From NCBI GenBank assembly GCA_048937485.1, contig JBHLND010000001.1, positions 1 through 57,059 on the forward strand: 57,059 nt of DNA. The letters are read 5' to 3'. Made by a program: the position numbers and the translations under genes. The notes beneath the pieces are model-generated. The model ran no database searches, was not told the origin of the DNA, and was given only the letters and a program-made list of their open reading frames with translations. The stretch is from Promethearchaeota archaeon (GTDB taxonomy: Archaea > Asgardarchaeota > Thorarchaeia > Thorarchaeales > Thorarchaeaceae). Below, in pieces: positions 35,333 through 44,178 of the stretch. Position 1 is the stretch's first letter, and each line of letters opens with the position of its first letter.

Positions 35333-37420
35333 TCAGCTCTGAGAGTGTCTAATCTTTCCATCCCGCGGACTATAGAGAATTCCATCAGCCAGGAGTTTCT
35401 TAATCATTTCTTCCACTCTATCACGTGCATGCCCCATTGCAATGGTCCTTTGTATTAAGACATCTTCATCAACTGTCGACGATCCTTCTGATTCCAAATC
35501 CCTCAATGCTTTGATGATCGAGTCTGAAATACTTCTTTGGGATTTCGTTTGCGAAGATACCAGACTGTCAATGTCTATCTTACCAGTTATACGGTCTAAT
35601 GCAACCATCCTAAGTGACTCTTCCATAAGACGCAATGCAGCCTGTGCATCTTCCTTTGTAACCCTTGACCTAAGTGCCATTTTGGCCCTTGCCTCAGAGA
35701 GTCGAACAAGGGACTCCAATTGACGTGCAGTTATTGGAACCGGAGCTGCTCCTCCCTCAGCGCTTTTACGAAGGTCCACATAGAATTTCTCAATAACCTC
35801 AGCAGCTTCGGCGCTTAGCAGCGGCTTAATCTCACCTGCGTGAATTATGTATTTCCTGAGAAAGTCTGCATCCAGTGGCGCTATGTCTTCTTCTGCATGA
35901 ACAGGCTTCATCTGATGCATGTCCAGAATAAACTTGGCTATCTCCCGGTCTCTTGTTGCCTCTACAGTATCAACCATAATCCAGATCAAATCAAATCTGG
36001 AAAGTATTGTAAAAGGAAGCTTGATGTTGTCCTGAACTGAAAGTGATGACTCATAACGACCCAAAGTAGGATTTGCAGCCGCCAAGATTGAGGTTCGTGC
36101 ATTCAGAGTTGCAATTATTCCTGCCTTGGCAATGCTGACAGTATGCTGTTCCATCGCTTCATGGATTGCCGTACGATCATTAGGATCCATCTTGTCAAAC
36201 TCATCAATACATGCAATCCCTTGATCGGCCAACACTAGTGCTCCAGCTTCAAGAGTCATTGCCCCCGTTTCTGTGTCATGGACAACAGCTGCTGTAAGAC
36301 CTGCCGCAGTCGTACCCTTGCCCGATGTATACAGTGCTCGATTTGCAAGACGGGTTACAAACTTCAGAATCTGGCTCTTACCCGTACCAGGATCTCCTAT
36401 CATAAGGATATTCGATCGTCCTCTTAGCTTGGTTTTATCAGCTAGTTCCTTATCATAACCTCCAAATAGCATTAAGGCAATTGATTCCTTGATATGATCA
36501 TGACCCTTTATTGAGGGTGCAATAGATCTAAAAATCCGTTGATGAACATAGGGGTCTTCAGCTAGGTCCTTTATCTGCTTCATCTCTTCTTTTGTGATTT
36601 CTACTTGCTCATACTCCTTCTCAGCTATCTCGACTCCGTTGGCTTCAATGAATACGCTAAATGTAGCAAGTTTTCCTCCCCGACGACTAAAATCGGGGGA
36701 AGTCTGAAGAATTCCCGTGACCTTCACCAAGTCCCCTGGTCTGGACATATCTACAATGTCTCCTTTTAGTACAACATCAACGGACCTTGGCATCTGTCCT
36801 GGTGGAAGCTCCTCAGGAGACTCCTGAATTCGTACCTTCTGCCAGTCTATGAAACGGGATCGCTCGAGCATAAGCCGCATTGGAGTTTTCTTCCCACAAG
36901 TTGGACAAAGCGGTGGTTCTGTATACCGACCTTCCTCCTGTTCTTGAGGAATCTCCGTCATGCAAACCCTACAAAGAAATCTCGCGCTTACAAGGAGGGG
37001 TTTCACCTCACTAGCACGCATCATTATGCCGCCGATTCGAATCAGTTTTCCGATATGCTTTGAACGTATATGTCTAAGCTTGACTTCGCGCGTATAGTTT
37101 ACAAATCGAACTTTTATCGCATCTTCTCCCACGTAGCTAATGTACTCATCCATCTGATACGATCGTAGAATGGCACGCAGTGCATTACTTGCAGCCTCCA
37201 AGAACGACAATGGGTCATCAGACACATCCTCCTGAAGCGCAATATCATAGTTGAACAAGTCCTCAAAATCAACGAAGAGTGATGTTTCCTCATTTGTCTG
37301 CATCAGCTGAATTCGTTCTCGATAGATTTCATTACCCTTATCGTCCTTGTAAGTCCGCAGGAAAGTTTCAAAACGTTCCTGAGTAGAGTCCATTTCTGTT
37401 GACATATCTGTGTGCCTCAT
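35333..37420 (-). CDS. mcm: Minichromosome maintenance helicase MCM
   Basis: Zn motif CRVC...CPTCG, Walker A GDPGTGKSQ, Walker B CIDEFDKM and arginine finger SRFDL. Confidence 0.95.
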   Translation of the reverse strand: MRHTDMSTEMDSTQERFETFLRTYKDDKGNEIYRERIQLMQTNEETSLFVDFEDLFNYDIALQEDVSDDPLSFLEAASNALRAILRSYQMDEYISYVGEDAIKVRFVNYTREVKLRHIRSKHIGKLIRIGGIMMRASEVKPLLVSARFLCRVCMTEIPQEQEEGRYTEPPLCPTCGKKTPMRLMLERSRFIDWQKVRIQESPEELPPGQMPRSVDVVLKGDIVDMSRPGDLVKVTGILQTSPDFSRRGGKLATFSVFIEANGVEIAEKEYEQVEITKEEMKQIKDLAEDPYVHQRIFRSIAPSIKGHDHIKESIALMLFGGYDKELADKTKLRGRSNILMIGDPGTGKSQILKFVTRLANRALYTSGKGTTAAGLTAAVVHDTETGAMTLEAGALVLADQGIACIDEFDKMDPNDRTAIHEAMEQHTVSIAKAGIIATLNARTSILAAANPTLGRYESSLSVQDNIKLPFTILSRFDLIWIMVDTVEATRDREIAKFILDMHQMKPVHAEEDIAPLDADFLRKYIIHAGEIKPLLSAEAAEVIEKFYVDLRKSAEGGAAPVPITARQLESLVRLSEARAKMALRSRVTKEDAQAALRLMEESLRMVALDRITGKIDIDSLVSSQTKSQRSISDSIIKALRDLESEGSSTVDEDVLIQRTIAMGHARDRVEEMIKKLLADGILYSPRDGKIRHSQS

Positions 37421-37593
37421 AAATCGGTGGACAGATGGATTGGTGATTAGAGTTTAATCTTCAAACCCTTGTATATCAGACCGAATATTAATTGCGCTCT
37501 CGTCAGCTATGAGATGGCCTTTTTAACTCTGCCAAGACCTTTCATTCATTATTGCAGTCCAGCAAATCGCTATTTGATACATCTATCAGCGAA

Positions 37594-38157
37594 CTATTCC
37601 TTCAACATTTCGCGCCAAGCAGAAATCAAGTAGTTTAGTCTATCAAGCAGCCATCTCTCTTCATGAGCCATCTGTCTACGCTTATCATGATAGGCACCCG
37701 ATTTGGCAATGCTAAGAATCTTGGTTAGACGTGTTTCCACCATGACTGAAAGCATCTGTTGGATACTTTCAATATCTTCGTAACGTTTCGGGTCCAATGA
37801 GGTCTTATCGCCTTGAAGCCGCAGCAATTTTCTTGCAGATGCTGTGTATATGAATTCCGGAAATTGCTGCAGATTGTATGGTTGCCCCTTTTCAGTATGA
37901 TAGAATCTCTTAAGGCCCGTTGTTGACTCGTATTCGTCATCTCGATGAATATGGACAAGTCCACGAGATGATAGTTTCTCTATCGCCCAATTTGGTAGAC
38001 TGGCTTCTTGGCCTTTCTTGAAGGGCCCCATCTCATGCCCAGCAATCACAATCCGTGGAACATCCACATCAAAGATGCATCTTCGATTATCCATCAGAAA
38101 CTGCATCTCAAAACGTTCCATGATTGCTTTGGTGTCTATGCTTTCAATCATAATCAA
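37594..38157 (-). CDS. GINS subunit (Gins51/Sld5-Psf1-like)
   Basis: 187 aa directly upstream of mcm. The pattern (GPFKKGQEASLPNWAIEKL..., C-terminal helical part) is consistent with archaeal GINS. Confidence 0.6.
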   Translation of the reverse strand: MIMIESIDTKAIMERFEMQFLMDNRRCIFDVDVPRIVIAGHEMGPFKKGQEASLPNWAIEKLSSRGLVHIHRDDEYESTTGLKRFYHTEKGQPYNLQQFPEFIYTASARKLLRLQGDKTSLDPKRYEDIESIQQMLSVMVETRLTKILSIAKSGAYHDKRRQMAHEERWLLDRLNYLISAWREMLKE

Positions 38158-38313
38158 AACACATCATCAACACCCATCAGAATCTGATAAAGCCCTTCCT
38201 CCTTGTTCCCATTTGGCTCCAACCCCACCGTTTCAACGAACGATTTATACGATTCCCTACGAGTGCGGCATCAATCTTGATTGTAAGCCAGTATGGACTT
38301 ACTATACAAGTAA

Positions 38314-40005
38314 ATGAGGAAGGAATACTTGAGCTGGGACCGAAGCAAGACAAGGTTTGTTTTCGTAACAGGAGGAGTACTCTCAGGCATTGGCAAAGGT
38401 GTCACTACCGCCTCAATAGCAAAGCTGTTCCAATTCAGAGGGTATAATATCCGCATAATCAAGATTGATCCTTACTTGAACATCGATCCCGGAACACTCA
38501 ATCCTGTTGAACATGGCGAAGTATTTGTGACCGATCAAACTTGGACATTCGAACCTGCAAAAGGATTCAGTTTCCGAATCTCTGAAATTGATCTTGATTT
38601 TGGTACATATGAGCGATTTACTGGAATGGAAGTACATCCTTCTCAAAACATCACCTCTGGCCAGATTTACATATCAGTCATTCTTGGAGAACGAAAAGGA
38701 ACATTTCTTGGGCGTACAGTTCAGATAATTCCTCATGTGACGGACCGAATTAAAGACAGAATTTGGCAGGTTGTTGATGAGCAAAAGCCCGATGTACTGC
38801 TAGTGGAGATAGGAGGCACCGTTGGGGATATCGAAGCGATGCCCTTCCTAGAAGCCGTACGTCAACTTGTCGGAGAAGTTGGGAGAAACCGGACTGCTTC
38901 AGTCCATGTAACACTTGTTCCCTATGTTCCATCAGTTGGTGAGTTTAAGACAAAACCAACCCAGCACAGTGTACACACACTTCAGGGTCTTGGTGTTCAA
39001 CCCGACTTTATTATTTGCCGAGCCGAAAAAGAGCTACCCGAATCAGCGGTGCAGAAAATCGCTTTATTCTGCAATGTTCCTGAGAAACAAGTAATCTCTA
39101 ATCCAGATATTCCAATAATATACAAACTTCCCATTTCTTTTGAGGATCAAGGTCTCGGGGACATACTTGCAGAGCATCTTGGAATGGAAAAACGTACTGC
39201 TGAAACTAGCACTTGGAGAAAAATGTTTGAAGCGTTCAAAGCCCCCTCGGAATCTGTTGTAATTGCTATGCCCGGCAAATACACGATGTTAAGTGATTCT
39301 TACAAGAGCATCAATGAGGCACTGACCCACGCTGCCATAGCAAATGGGGTGAATCTTGAGATAAAGTGGATTGAAACAGAAGAACGATGTGATGATGCAG
39401 CCTTACGTGATGATCTCAAAAACGTGGATGGAGTTCTTCTGACACCAGGGTTTGGAGAGCGCGGCGTTGAAGGCATGATTTGCGCAGCATCTGCTACATT
39501 TGATACAAAGATACCTTTTCTCGGTATCTGCTATGGGGCTCAGCTTGGAACTGTCGCTTTTGCAAGACGAATAATGAAATGGGAGGGAGCTCACACAACT
39601 GAGGTTGAACCAAGCAGCCTATATCCAGTTGTTGATTTACTGGACGAGCAGAAACTGATACCCGACAAGGGTGGGACAATGCGTCTTGGTGGGCATGAGG
39701 TAAGGATAGTTGAAGGTACACGTCTTCATTCAATCTATGGCACCACCAACGTTCGTGAAAGATTCAGGCATAGATACCACCTGATTGATAGATATCTCAG
39801 CAAGATGAAACAGGATGGACTGATCGTATCAGCCTTTGATTCAACTGGAAGGATAATTAATGCAATAGAATTAGCTGACCACCCATTTTGGGTTGGTGTC
39901 CAATATCATCCCGAGTTCAAATCAAGACCCGACACTCCGCATCCACTCTACTTGGGTCTTATTAGAGCGGCGCTGGAACACAGAAAGCAGAGAGGGAAAA
40001 AGTAG
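38314..40005 (+). CDS. pyrG: CTP synthase
   Basis: FVTGGVLSGIGKG, the GATase nucleophile GICYGAQ, and HPEF. Confidence 0.95.
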   Translation: MRKEYLSWDRSKTRFVFVTGGVLSGIGKGVTTASIAKLFQFRGYNIRIIKIDPYLNIDPGTLNPVEHGEVFVTDQTWTFEPAKGFSFRISEIDLDFGTYERFTGMEVHPSQNITSGQIYISVILGERKGTFLGRTVQIIPHVTDRIKDRIWQVVDEQKPDVLLVEIGGTVGDIEAMPFLEAVRQLVGEVGRNRTASVHVTLVPYVPSVGEFKTKPTQHSVHTLQGLGVQPDFIICRAEKELPESAVQKIALFCNVPEKQVISNPDIPIIYKLPISFEDQGLGDILAEHLGMEKRTAETSTWRKMFEAFKAPSESVVIAMPGKYTMLSDSYKSINEALTHAAIANGVNLEIKWIETEERCDDAALRDDLKNVDGVLLTPGFGERGVEGMICAASATFDTKIPFLGICYGAQLGTVAFARRIMKWEGAHTTEVEPSSLYPVVDLLDEQKLIPDKGGTMRLGGHEVRIVEGTRLHSIYGTTNVRERFRHRYHLIDRYLSKMKQDGLIVSAFDSTGRIINAIELADHPFWVGVQYHPEFKSRPDTPHPLYLGLIRAALEHRKQRGKK

Positions 40006-41165
40006 TGGACAAGAACCTCGACACAGTGCTTGCAATGCTAGTTGAGGAGATAGAGAAAATCGAATCGACCAGAAAGCAATTTGGGCTTGTCTTTTCTGAA
40101 TTAAAAGATACAATTGATCTTGCGAAATATCCAGCTGTTGCAGCAAACTTGGCTGAAACTAGGTTTTCAAAGCGGATCGAGCCAACCAGTCTATCTGGAC
40201 TGAGGATTGCCGGCGTAGATGGTGGACTAGTTCGAAAGCGTTTCAGATCAATGGACCTTGTACTAACTCGAGGTATTGCAGTTGTTTTCTCATTTGGTCC
40301 GAAAGAAGGTCCTCATGTTGACTTCTTTCCCAAGGCCTTTCCGGAACCAACTATTCGTCCAGTAATGCTAACTTTACCCGGTCCGGAACTTGATCAGCTT
40401 GCATCATTGGAGAGAGTTGCAGCAGAGCTTAGAGTCACAATCAAAGTTCTCGAAGAATTTCAAACCGATTTGATTCTGGTAGATGGTTCTCTCTTTTATC
40501 ATCCACGAGACCGCCCTCAAAACGGCTCAGTAGTATATGAGAAGTTCCAAGAAGTGACTGCGCTTTATAGGCAATTGTATACAAGAGCCCAGAAAAAGGA
40601 CACAACTCTAGTAGGAATCGTGAAGGACAGTCGGTCTACGCGAATTGTAAATATTCTTGGTGACATACTTCCCCACATACTTCGTAATCCATCGGCCTTT
40701 GAAAAGATGCAAGGTGTTGACTATAGATGGCTACTGAGAATCTCTAGAGACTGCGACTTGCTTGATACTTTTCTAGAGGAGGGAGAGCGATCATTCGCAT
40801 TTCGCTACTCTTCTGAACTCCTTCAGAATTCCAATTCCCTTTCTGATGATATTTCAACTTGGGCATCATCAATTTGGGTTACATACCTGAGAGCGGCCGC
40901 CGACGATCTTCCTGTGCGGATAGAGATTCTTGCTGGAAATGACAATCCAATTGAGCAAATAGACAAAGCATTATCAGTTATCCTGCCTTTATCCTGGCAA
41001 CATCCAGAATATGGCATTCCTACCCCAATTCTGGAAGCTGATGCACGGGCTAAAATATCAATGAATGAAACTCAACTCGTGACAGACAGACTGATGGCTC
41101 TCTCAGGACTGACCTATTCAACTCTTGAGAAGAGGAGATCAAGAAATCCGTTCGGAGGTAGCTAG
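40005..41165 (+). CDS. nurA: NurA 5'-3' nuclease
   Basis: IAGVDGGL and LVDGSLFYHP catalytic motifs. GTG start shares one base with the pyrG stop codon (TAGTG). Confidence 0.8.
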   Translation: MDKNLDTVLAMLVEEIEKIESTRKQFGLVFSELKDTIDLAKYPAVAANLAETRFSKRIEPTSLSGLRIAGVDGGLVRKRFRSMDLVLTRGIAVVFSFGPKEGPHVDFFPKAFPEPTIRPVMLTLPGPELDQLASLERVAAELRVTIKVLEEFQTDLILVDGSLFYHPRDRPQNGSVVYEKFQEVTALYRQLYTRAQKKDTTLVGIVKDSRSTRIVNILGDILPHILRNPSAFEKMQGVDYRWLLRISRDCDLLDTFLEEGERSFAFRYSSELLQNSNSLSDDISTWASSIWVTYLRAAADDLPVRIEILAGNDNPIEQIDKALSVILPLSWQHPEYGIPTPILEADARAKISMNETQLVTDRLMALSGLTYSTLEKRRSRNPFGGS

Positions 41166-42737
41166 TTGGCCGAAGAAACGGCTCCCACTAGAATTGGTAC
41201 AGTGATTTGCGAACAAGACACGCCAAACGTAATGGAATTCTCATTCGTTGTGGAAACCGATGGTGGTGTCATTTCCGCACGAAGAGGCGAGTTTGTGTCT
41301 ATCGTCACTGATGATGGAATAGTGATTGCAAGGATTCGTGACCTTATTCGTATCAATAGGTATTACCAGCATGCTGAAGCAGTAAGAGAGTACCAATCAA
41401 GGGGTGAACCATTACGGTCAATCTTTCCTACAGACCGGTGGCAGTACACTGTTGCAAAAGCACAAGTCCTAGGTCTATGGATTGGAAATAGAACGGCTAG
41501 GCCCTACTTTGCTGTTTCACCAGGTGCGTCAGTTCGTCGTGTGAATGATAAAACACTTTCAGATTTTCTACAGCTTGATTCGAATGGTCCAAACTTAGGC
41601 ACATTAGCACATCACAGTTTAGCATTTACGCCCTCAATCGATCGTCTTCTTTCCAAGCATCTGGCAATTCTGGCAATGAGTGGAGCTGGAAAATCCTATT
41701 TCGTATCAGTCCTATTGGAAGAGTTACTGGCAAGAAAGAAGGAACTTGGAAGGCTTGCTGTTGTGGTAGTGGATGTCCACGGAGAATATTCCTATTTGAA
41801 AGACCTCACTTCTGAGGATTTGGGTCTTCCAAAAGGAACGTTTGAAGTTGAGCAAATACGGGCATCGCATTTCCAAGTGGCTGTCCAATCCCTATCTGCA
41901 GAAGCAATAGGATCTCTCGTAGCTGATATGAGCTCAATTCAGGTACGTGACTTGAGACGTGTTGTTTCTGAGATGCAGAGCAGAACCAAGAACGGTTTCA
42001 CACTCAATGACATTATAGACTATGTAAGACTAGATGAAACAATCAGCAAAAACACACGTGAAGCCCTTATTGGCTGGTTGATTAACCTTGAGGGCACAGG
42101 CCTTTTTGGAAAAGAGTCAGTTCCAGATATTCAAAAAATAGTTAGGCCTGGGAAACTCACTCTAATTGATTTAAGTGACTTCATAAGTCTCAAGAAAAAG
42201 CAGATTGTTGTATCTCACTTAACAAACGAACTCCTGTATCTTAGGAGAAGAGAAAAAATCCCACCTTTCCTATTGGTCTTAGAAGAAGCACATCAATTCT
42301 GTCCTGAAAGCCGCCATGAACTCGCTCTGCCAAAAGCAAGAATCGAAACTATTGCTAGAGAAGGAAGGAAGTTCTTTGCTCTTCTTTGCTTAATCTCCCA
42401 GCGCCCAGTCAAGCTCTCTACAACGGTCCTGAGCCAATGCAGCAATCAAGCAATACTCAGAACAACAAACCCGTACGACTTGGATCATATAGGCCGCAGT
42501 AGTGAAGGAATTGACAGGTCATCTATCGATGCCATCACTACCCTTGAAGTTGGTGAAGCGCTTTTTGTCGGCGAAGTTGTATCTGTTCCAGCTTTTGTGA
42601 AGATACGTCAAAGAAAATTCGAACCTACTGGAACCGCCCGAAGTCTATCAGAAGCGCTGAAAAAGAATGATAAAACTCCCAAAAGACCGAGTACTTCCCC
42701 AAAACAGTCAAAAGCCAATACCATTGATTCGTCATGA
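41166..42737 (+). CDS. herA: HerA DNA helicase/translocase
   Basis: N-terminal HAS-barrel-like region, Walker A AMSGAGKSY and Walker B LLVLEEAHQF. TTG start immediately follows the nurA stop codon. Confidence 0.85.
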   Translation: MAEETAPTRIGTVICEQDTPNVMEFSFVVETDGGVISARRGEFVSIVTDDGIVIARIRDLIRINRYYQHAEAVREYQSRGEPLRSIFPTDRWQYTVAKAQVLGLWIGNRTARPYFAVSPGASVRRVNDKTLSDFLQLDSNGPNLGTLAHHSLAFTPSIDRLLSKHLAILAMSGAGKSYFVSVLLEELLARKKELGRLAVVVVDVHGEYSYLKDLTSEDLGLPKGTFEVEQIRASHFQVAVQSLSAEAIGSLVADMSSIQVRDLRRVVSEMQSRTKNGFTLNDIIDYVRLDETISKNTREALIGWLINLEGTGLFGKESVPDIQKIVRPGKLTLIDLSDFISLKKKQIVVSHLTNELLYLRRREKIPPFLLVLEEAHQFCPESRHELALPKARIETIAREGRKFFALLCLISQRPVKLSTTVLSQCSNQAILRTTNPYDLDHIGRSSEGIDRSSIDAITTLEVGEALFVGEVVSVPAFVKIRQRKFEPTGTARSLSEALKKNDKTPKRPSTSPKQSKANTIDSS

Positions 42738-42766
42738 AAAACGGATTGAGTACCGTTGGGGACTAA

Positions 42767-43309
42767 GTGAAAATGTCTGATAAAAACCCTGAAGAAATTC
42801 GCAAACTGATCGACAAGATGCAGTCGGGGTTAGTTGATTTATTTGACCAGCTGCATGAACTAAAACGACATTTGGATATTGCAGAGCCGAATTCAAATGA
42901 TAGAAGCGCTATGCCAGTAGTGCCCATCTTTTCAGAAGTTTCCAAGCTTGCTGATGATGAAGAGAATAAGAATGACAGAGTCGAAGCAAAACACAGCACC
43001 ACACCCGAACCTACTGATGACAGTGCCACTTCCATTCCAAATACTAGAATTGCACGAGTATTAGACCCGATTTTGCATGAGTTGAGAACAGGTGAATCAC
43101 CTGCAGAAGTAATCGCAGAATATCTCCAAGCGGCAAAGGAGTACCTGCTTCCTGATGGGAACTCCCAGGATAAGGTCGCACATGACATTGATGTAGTCCT
43201 GAAATTCCTTCGCGCGCGTGGCAACAAAGCAATTCGACCAGAGGAACGCGATAGTATTCTGAAGAGAATTGGTACATGGAAAATCCATCTAGCCAGAAGT
43301 GAAACGTGA
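42767..43309 (+). CDS. Hypothetical acidic helical protein downstream of herA
   Basis: 180-aa ORF (GTG 42767 or ATG 42773) with natural-looking composition. The competing antisense ORF is Ser-rich. Confidence 0.5.
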   Translation: MKMSDKNPEEIRKLIDKMQSGLVDLFDQLHELKRHLDIAEPNSNDRSAMPVVPIFSEVSKLADDEENKNDRVEAKHSTTPEPTDDSATSIPNTRIARVLDPILHELRTGESPAEVIAEYLQAAKEYLLPDGNSQDKVAHDIDVVLKFLRARGNKAIRPEERDSILKRIGTWKIHLARSET

Positions 43310-43384
43310 ACAAGAAATGCACAAGCTTGCCCAGAAAATAGGTTTCGGGAATCCCACTCTTGGTCAAGGGGATTCCACTACGGG

Positions 43385-43615
43385 CTATTCCAACTCGATG
43401 ACGATTTTCTTAATCTTGGTCCAAGAGATCTTCTTCAACCCATGTTGACCCGGTTCATAACGGCAATCCAATAGGCCAGCATCATTCAGAATCTTAATCT
43501 GCGCACTAGCATTGGCTTCTGTTCCGCCAAGATGTCGTGCCACTTCTGTCACATTAGCATCCTTATCTTTCTGGAGCAGTAGTTTTAGTATTTTCAGTCG
43601 AGTTTTGGATGACAA
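43385..43615 (-). CDS. Small ArsR-type winged-helix regulator
   Basis: RLKILKLLLQKDKDANVTEVARHLGGTEANASAQIKILNDAGLL; TTG start. Confidence 0.7.
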   Translation of the reverse strand: MSSKTRLKILKLLLQKDKDANVTEVARHLGGTEANASAQIKILNDAGLLDCRYEPGQHGLKKISWTKIKKIVIELE

Positions 43616-43744
43616 TGCACGTCCAATACGCAGAATTGCGTCGTTGTCATTGATTTGTAGTGTTTCTGACAGCTATACCACCTCGCAGAGTGTAGCAAGT
43701 TGCTTTAACATTCCTTTAATATACTTGTTGTTTACACATAACTC

Positions 43745-43788
43745 ATTTCCTGCAAATTAACAATGAGTGAACTACAAATGCAGGAAAT
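43745..43788. repeat. 10-bp perfect inverted repeat ATTTCCTGCA / TGCAGGAAAT with a 24-nt spacer
   Basis: Read directly at 43745-43754 and 43779-43788, within a 563-nt non-coding spacer. Confidence 0.4.
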
Positions 43789-44178
43789 CTTTGCGTTCTG
43801 TTTTTCTCCTGCCAAATCAACACTCAAACTGCATGAAAAAGTCTTGATGAACGGATTTGTCGGTTGATGGGAATTGATACGAAAAATCGCATACATGACT
43901 AAACCTCTGGATTCGATGGAATTGCCATTATGACTGTTCGAGGAAACGCACTAGTTGTTCATTCACGGAATGGTCCAGTTAATCTGTTCTTTCTCCTAAT
44001 CCTAGGAGCATTTCTAGTACGAATCACTGGAGCAGTCATAGTCCTGGCAAGAAGAGGAAGACATCCTGCCAAAGATGAACCAGACACATTAAGTAGACTG
44101 GAATTATTACACTTCTGGATTTTCCATTGGTACATATCTGAAGATAACTTAATCCTTATAGCCAATCCAACGAAATTG

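Noticed and set aside
42763-43227. 154-aa ORF antisense to the 180-aa ORF downstream of herA
   Set aside because: The two ORFs are mutually exclusive. The minus-strand product is Ser-rich with odd composition, whereas the plus-strand product continues the nurA-herA operon direction and looks like a natural helical protein. The choice remains uncertain.
43930-44178. N-terminal extension with one hydrophobic helix on the COG2433-like protein
   Set aside because: Members of this family, as I recall them, begin close to the IIG(F/I)D(I)LP motif and have about 630-680 aa, which fits ATG 44179 or 44197. The extension is kept as an open question in the findings.
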